IMG/VR virus record: IMGVR_UViG_2531839265_000002
DNA length: 10,211 nucleotides
Direction: 5' to 3' (one strand)
Source: a virus
Taxonomy: Duplodnaviria > Heunggongvirae > Uroviricota > Caudoviricetes
Below the pieces are notes generated by a model. The model searched no databases, was not told the origin of the DNA, and saw only the letters and a list, made by a program, of their open reading frames with translations. A program made the translations under genes and the position numbers. Below are positions 6,827 through 10,211 of the stretch, piece after piece. Positions within the stretch are counted from its first letter, which is position 1, and each line of letters starts with the position of its first letter.

Positions 6827-7732
6827 TGCATTCTCCTTCGTAACAGAGTCATTCAGTGCAGAAACCATCACTTCAACGGCATCTGCAGCATTAATCAGTT
6901 GATCAGCCAGGCCTGCATCAATGCCTGCCTGACCGTCATAAACGGCAGCCTCGGTATTCATCACCGCCTCTGAACTCAGCCCCGTATAAAGCGCCACCTT
7001 ATCGGCAAACATCCGGCGGGCCTCATCAATACGGCGCTGAAAATCTGCACGCACACCTGCCGGCAATGCCTGAATACTGTTGCCGTCAACCTTGTGCTGC
7101 CCGGAGTAAATCAGCGTGATGTCCACCCCTTCCTGTGCCAGTTGTTTCTCATAACTGGTGTGCGCCATCATCACGCCAATCGAACCAATTTTTGCCGTCT
7201 GCGTGACCAGCCGACGGGTACAGGCTGCCGCCAGCAACATAGCGGCTGAACAGGCCATGTCATTACACAGCGCCCACACGGGCTTCTGTTCCCGCAGACG
7301 GTAAATCATGTCAGCACAGTCAAACGCCCCGGCAGCCTGACCGCCCGGGCTGTCGATATCCAGCAAAATGCCGCGCACATCCGGATCATTCACCGCCATC
7401 TGAAGACGAGCAGTCAGACCGTCATAGCCTGTCATGCCGGAGTAAGGCCGCAGGGTACCCAGTTTATGCACCAGCGTGCCGCTCACCGGCAGAATGGCAA
7501 TGCCATTCTTCACCTGGTAACTCTTTGCCGGACGCTGACCGCCCGCCATATAGTCAGTCACCGCCAGTTGCATACCATCAGCATCAAGCTGAACAGCCTG
7601 CTGAGGAACGGCAAGGCTGCCGGCCCCTATCTCTTTACCCAGCGCGCAAAAGAAAACCCGCGCATAGGCGGGTTCCAGTAAAAGCGGCTCATTAAATGCC
7701 ATGGCGGCAATATGCGATAAATTACGACGCAT
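6116..7732 (-). CDS. C: Capsid assembly protease, lambda gpC-like (S49/SppA-type peptidase) with in-frame scaffold region
   Basis: The track ORF is open to 7864, but homology to lambda C begins at ATG 7732 (MRRNLSHIAAMAFNEPLLLEPAYARVFFCAL against ..LRNLPHIASMAFNEPLMLEPAYARVFFCAL). Further matches: PYSGMTGY, AGAFDCAD, KPVWAL, TGSIGVMMAH, ITLIYSG.HKVDGN, TEAAVY.GQ..IDAGLAD. Overlaps the portal gene 3' end by 11 nt. About 100 aa longer than lambda C because of the C-terminal tandem repeats. Confidence 0.85.
   Translation of the reverse strand: MRRNLSHIAAMAFNEPLLLEPAYARVFFCALGKEIGAGSLAVPQQAVQLDADGMQLAVTDYMAGGQRPAKSYQVKNGIAILPVSGTLVHKLGTLRPYSGMTGYDGLTARLQMAVNDPDVRGILLDIDSPGGQAAGAFDCADMIYRLREQKPVWALCNDMACSAAMLLAAACTRRLVTQTAKIGSIGVMMAHTSYEKQLAQEGVDITLIYSGQHKVDGNSIQALPAGVRADFQRRIDEARRMFADKVALYTGLSSEAVMNTEAAVYDGQAGIDAGLADQLINAADAVEVMVSALNDSVTKENAMTVKNLTVAEAVAQENQRVMGILNCQEAKGREQLAQMLAGQPGMTVEQAKAFLAAVPAASVANTGDQIMGLPEAKGREQLAQMLAGQPGMTVKQAKAFLAAAPAAGAAGTGDQIMALPEAKGREQLAQALAEQPGMTVDQAKTLLAAAPVAGSASVGDQIMALPEAKGREQLAQALTEQPGMTVAQAKTLLAAAPAASQPSQETLFDRFMAQHAASAVSGGGTAGRGEEDLLMSMP
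6241..6769. repeat. Four tandem copies of a 138-bp (46-codon) unit, diverged, inside the C/Nu3 coding region
   Basis: Unit start codons (ATG on minus) recur at 6769, 6622 (147 bp, first unit 3 codons longer), 6484 and 6346 (138 bp spacing). The plus-strand motif ccataatctgatc(g/a)cc recurs at 6343, 6481 and 6619. Encoded units read M(A/G)LPEAKGREQLAQ(A/M)LA(E/G)QPGMTV.QAK..LAAAP......GDQI. Copies are clearly related but diverged at DNA level. Confidence 0.8.
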
Positions 7733-9293
7733 CGCCTTTTTCTCCCGTTGTCTGTCGGATCTGCTGCTGAAACGTGTCCTTAATCCAGATGGGGCGGGGA
7801 AGACCCGCTGCCTGTCGCTCCTGGCTTTCACGCAGTTGCTGACGGAAAATCTCCTGATAGTCATCGCCCATCAGAGCCAGCTCTTTCTCGTACGTGCTTA
7901 AACCACCTTCAATACGCATCACCGCTTCCTGCACTTCCTTAAGGCCATCAATCGCCATGCGACCGGCACCAATCCACTCGGCACGACACCATCCGGAACG
8001 GGCCTCCCAGAATGAAAAACGGGATTTCGGCGGGCGGATCACACCGCGAATAAGAGCTTCCTCCAGCCAGCAGGCAAACATCTGTGATGCCAGCCGGCTG
8101 GCCACAAATTTTCGTTTGCCCATAAAATACCGCCACGACTCATTGGCGGATGCCCTGGCACTGGAATAACTGACCTGTGAATAATCACGGGAAAGCTGTT
8201 CATAGGACACCCCCAGTCCGGCAGCGATGTAACGTAACAGCGCCTTTTCCAGTTCAGAGAAACCATTATCTGCATTCTGCGCTGTCTGCAGATTCAGTGA
8301 ATCCCCCGGATAAAGATGCGGAATACGGACCCCACCCAGCTTTACCGTATTGGTGGCGTAATAACGCGCGTAGCCTTTCATGATGGTGTTCAGGGGATTT
8401 TTACCGCCATCTCCCACCCCGGCGATATATTCAAATGCTTTTTCCGAATCCAGCGTGGATTCAATCGTCGCGGCATACATCGCCCGCACCACCGCCGACT
8501 GCAGTTGCGTGGCCTGCAGTGTGTCGAGCATCTTGAGACGCTCCATGACAGAATAAAACTGGTTGGCCCCGCGCGTCTGCCCGTCCTCCTGCGGCTGAAA
8601 CACATGGATCATTCCCGGTCGCCCGGAGGGCAGCGTCGCCGCAATCCGCGTCCAGTTGCTGACACCGTAACCGGGCCAGTCATCTTCCTGAACATGGTAG
8701 GCCAGTGCTTTTCCGTACCGGTTGATCTCCACCCCGGCACGCATAAAACGATCGCCGGTACCATAACCGGGTGTACTGACACGTTTCGGGCTGATGGTCT
8801 TGAATTTCGTCCGGAATAATGACGTGGATTCCGTATCCCATACGGGCTGGACAAAAATTTCACCGTTAAACGTATGAACGCCCACCCCTTCACGAATAAA
8901 TTCGGTAAACGAGCGACGCCCCTCCACATCCATCGAACCAAACACAGGATCGCAATATTCCATCCACGCCGCCTCCACATCTTCAATAAAGGCATGCGAA
9001 TCAGCTTCCGACATCCCCAGCCAGCGCCAGTTGGGCCGGTAGCTCAGGCGAAACATGTGCCCGACGATATGGTCTTTATGAATTTCCACTGCATTTGCGG
9101 CAATACCGTTGTTACGGACCAGATCATCCGCACGGGCGTTACCCAGCTGAATGGAAGGTAAGAGCGCCACGTCGGCACTTTCCGGTGCAGGCAACCATTC
9201 CGCAAGCTGCCCGCCAAATCCGGTACCCCCTCCGGAATATCCCATACTCTGCCGCAATGGCTGCCCGTGAAGATCCACCAGTTCCCTGTTCAC
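7722..9293 (-). CDS. B: Portal protein, lambda gpB-like
   Basis: 523 aa against 533 aa for lambda B. Similarity throughout (GGGTGFGGQ, LLP..GNARADDLVRNNG.AANA, FNGE.FVQ..WDT, DGQTRGAN.FYSVME.LKMLDTLQ.TQLQSA, GLGVSYEQLSR.Y.Q.SYS.ARASANESW, RMAIDGLKEVQEAVM). Start is GTG at 9293 overlapping the gpW stop (GTGA). Confidence 0.9.
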   Translation of the reverse strand: MNRELVDLHGQPLRQSMGYSGGGTGFGGQLAEWLPAPESADVALLPSIQLGNARADDLVRNNGIAANAVEIHKDHIVGHMFRLSYRPNWRWLGMSEADSHAFIEDVEAAWMEYCDPVFGSMDVEGRRSFTEFIREGVGVHTFNGEIFVQPVWDTESTSLFRTKFKTISPKRVSTPGYGTGDRFMRAGVEINRYGKALAYHVQEDDWPGYGVSNWTRIAATLPSGRPGMIHVFQPQEDGQTRGANQFYSVMERLKMLDTLQATQLQSAVVRAMYAATIESTLDSEKAFEYIAGVGDGGKNPLNTIMKGYARYYATNTVKLGGVRIPHLYPGDSLNLQTAQNADNGFSELEKALLRYIAAGLGVSYEQLSRDYSQVSYSSARASANESWRYFMGKRKFVASRLASQMFACWLEEALIRGVIRPPKSRFSFWEARSGWCRAEWIGAGRMAIDGLKEVQEAVMRIEGGLSTYEKELALMGDDYQEIFRQQLRESQERQAAGLPRPIWIKDTFQQQIRQTTGEKGDAS

Positions 9294-9499
9294 AGCCCCA
9301 CTCCTGCCGGGCCACGACGCCGTCCGGATACGCCCAGCGCACTTTCCAGCTCTTCAATATACTGGCGTAGTTCACCAATCGTCGCCCGCGAATACTGAAC
9401 CTGACGCCCGTCCTTACTGACGGAAACCACAGCACGTCCGATCATCAGTTCATGTAATGCCCGGCGGGCATCACAAAGCATTTCATGCGTATAAACCAT
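9290..9499 (-). CDS. W: Head-tail joining protein, lambda gpW-like
   Basis: 69 aa against 68 aa for lambda W. ARRALHELMIGRAVVSVSKDGR.V.YSRATIGELRQYIEELE...G..RRRGPAG resembles lambda W ([56 protein letters not shown]). ATG with GGAGG Shine-Dalgarno, 2 nt after the terminase stop. Confidence 0.85.
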   Translation of the reverse strand: MVYTHEMLCDARRALHELMIGRAVVSVSKDGRQVQYSRATIGELRQYIEELESALGVSGRRRGPAGVGL

Positions 9500-9501
9500 T
9501 T

Positions 9502-10211
9502 TTATCCTCCACTCAGTGCAGCCGCGATTTCTTCCAGACTCATCTCATCGTCGTCCTGCTCATCTCTTCTGGCACGGGCCAGTGCTTCAAGATCCAGCTG
9601 CCACCGCTGAACTGAAATACGCAGGGCAGCATAGGCATATACCAGGCAGTCGAGGGCTTCGTTGCGTCGCCCTTTTTTATCCCACAGCAGTTTTACCCTG
9701 CCATTAACCACCTTCTCCACCAGCTCTTCCGCCACGATCTGACGCGCCTCTTCTTCCGAAAAAATGTCGGGGTTATCCGGAAAACGGAAGGTATACGGGG
9801 CGGCTTCACTGGCAGAGACCACCGGCAGTGCAAAACGGGCGTACAGCATTTCCTTGACGGTATCGGAGCCCACCTCACACAAAAACACACCACGCTGGTT
9901 GCGCTTTTTGGGCATGGTGATCACCGGCTTGCCGTACACCGATGCCCCTTTTATGGGAAGCACAAAAAAAGTGCCGTGTTTCCTGGAACGCTGATACACA
10001 ATGTCCTGGTCGATACCACCGGTATCCCAGCAGACACGGGAAATGGAAATTTCAGTACCGTCAGCATGACGATATTTTTTCCGGATCACCGTATCAACAC
10101 GTTTAAGGGTGTCCTCGTCTTCCGGTCGCCCCATGATAATTTGCTTATCAATCAGAAAGGCTTCTTCGCCGGGAGCCCAGCCCCACACATAAATTTCATA
10201 GCGATCTTTCT
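9502..10211 (-). CDS. A: Terminase large subunit, lambda gpA-like, C-terminal portion (5' end beyond the window)
   Basis: The reading frame is open to the window edge and ends at TAA 9504..9502. Called from its size, its position immediately upstream of the W-B-C-D-E block, and my recollection of the lambda gpA C-terminal region; no motif was aligned residue by residue. Confidence 0.8.
   Translation of the reverse strand, partial: KDRYEIYVWGWAPGEEAFLIDKQIIMGRPEDEDTLKRVDTVIRKKYRHADGTEISISRVCWDTGGIDQDIVYQRSRKHGTFFVLPIKGASVYGKPVITMPKKRNQRGVFLCEVGSDTVKEMLYARFALPVVSASEAAPYTFRFPDNPDIFSEEEARQIVAEELVEKVVNGRVKLLWDKKGRRNEALDCLVYAYAALRISVQRWQLDLEALARARRDEQDDDEMSLEEIAAALSGG

Noticed and set aside
7733-7864. 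Upstream in-frame extension of the C-like ORF (MTIRRFSVSN..)
   Set aside because: Homology to lambda C begins exactly at the ATG at 7732. The extension overlaps the portal gene 3' end in another frame and has no similarity to anything I recognise.
8316-8819. 167-aa plus-strand ORF, and similar plus-strand ORFs at 6590..6973, 4711..5163 and 5000..5359
   Set aside because: All are antisense to strongly supported minus-strand structural genes (portal, C, E) and have His/Arg/Cys-rich translations typical of wrong-frame reading. No independent support.
1-10211. Hidden defence, toxin-antitoxin or other cargo/moron system
   Set aside because: After accounting for the structural genes the longest unassigned stretches are intergenic spacers of under 70 nt. 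The only gene of unknown family (2557..3120) is translationally coupled within the structural operon and sits in a conserved tail-completion slot. There is no insertion, compositional break or reverse-strand gene that would suggest cargo.

Overview
The window is one densely packed, single-strand (minus) late structural operon of a temperate tailed phage or prophage, probably in an enterobacterial host. All calls rest on my own recall of lambda and P2 protein sequences; no database search was possible. Reading in the direction of transcription (high to low coordinate) there is a lambda-type head module: terminase large subunit gpA (C-terminal part), gpW, portal gpB, protease/scaffold gpC with nested Nu3, decoration gpD, major capsid gpE, FI, FII and a Z-like protein. 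It is followed directly by a P2-type contractile-tail baseplate module: gpV, gpW, gpJ, gpI and the start of a tail fibre gene. Genes are tightly coupled by overlapping stop/start codons, and no plus-strand ORF looks real. I could not find any cargo, defence, toxin or otherwise undescribed system here, as there is no unassigned coding space. The points worth a second look are the lambda-head/P2-baseplate mosaic junction with an unassigned 187-aa protein, two single-base homopolymer frameshifts in head genes (major capsid E and FII), a fourfold 138-bp tandem repeat inside the Nu3-like scaffold region, and an intrinsic-terminator-like hairpin just after the capsid gene.
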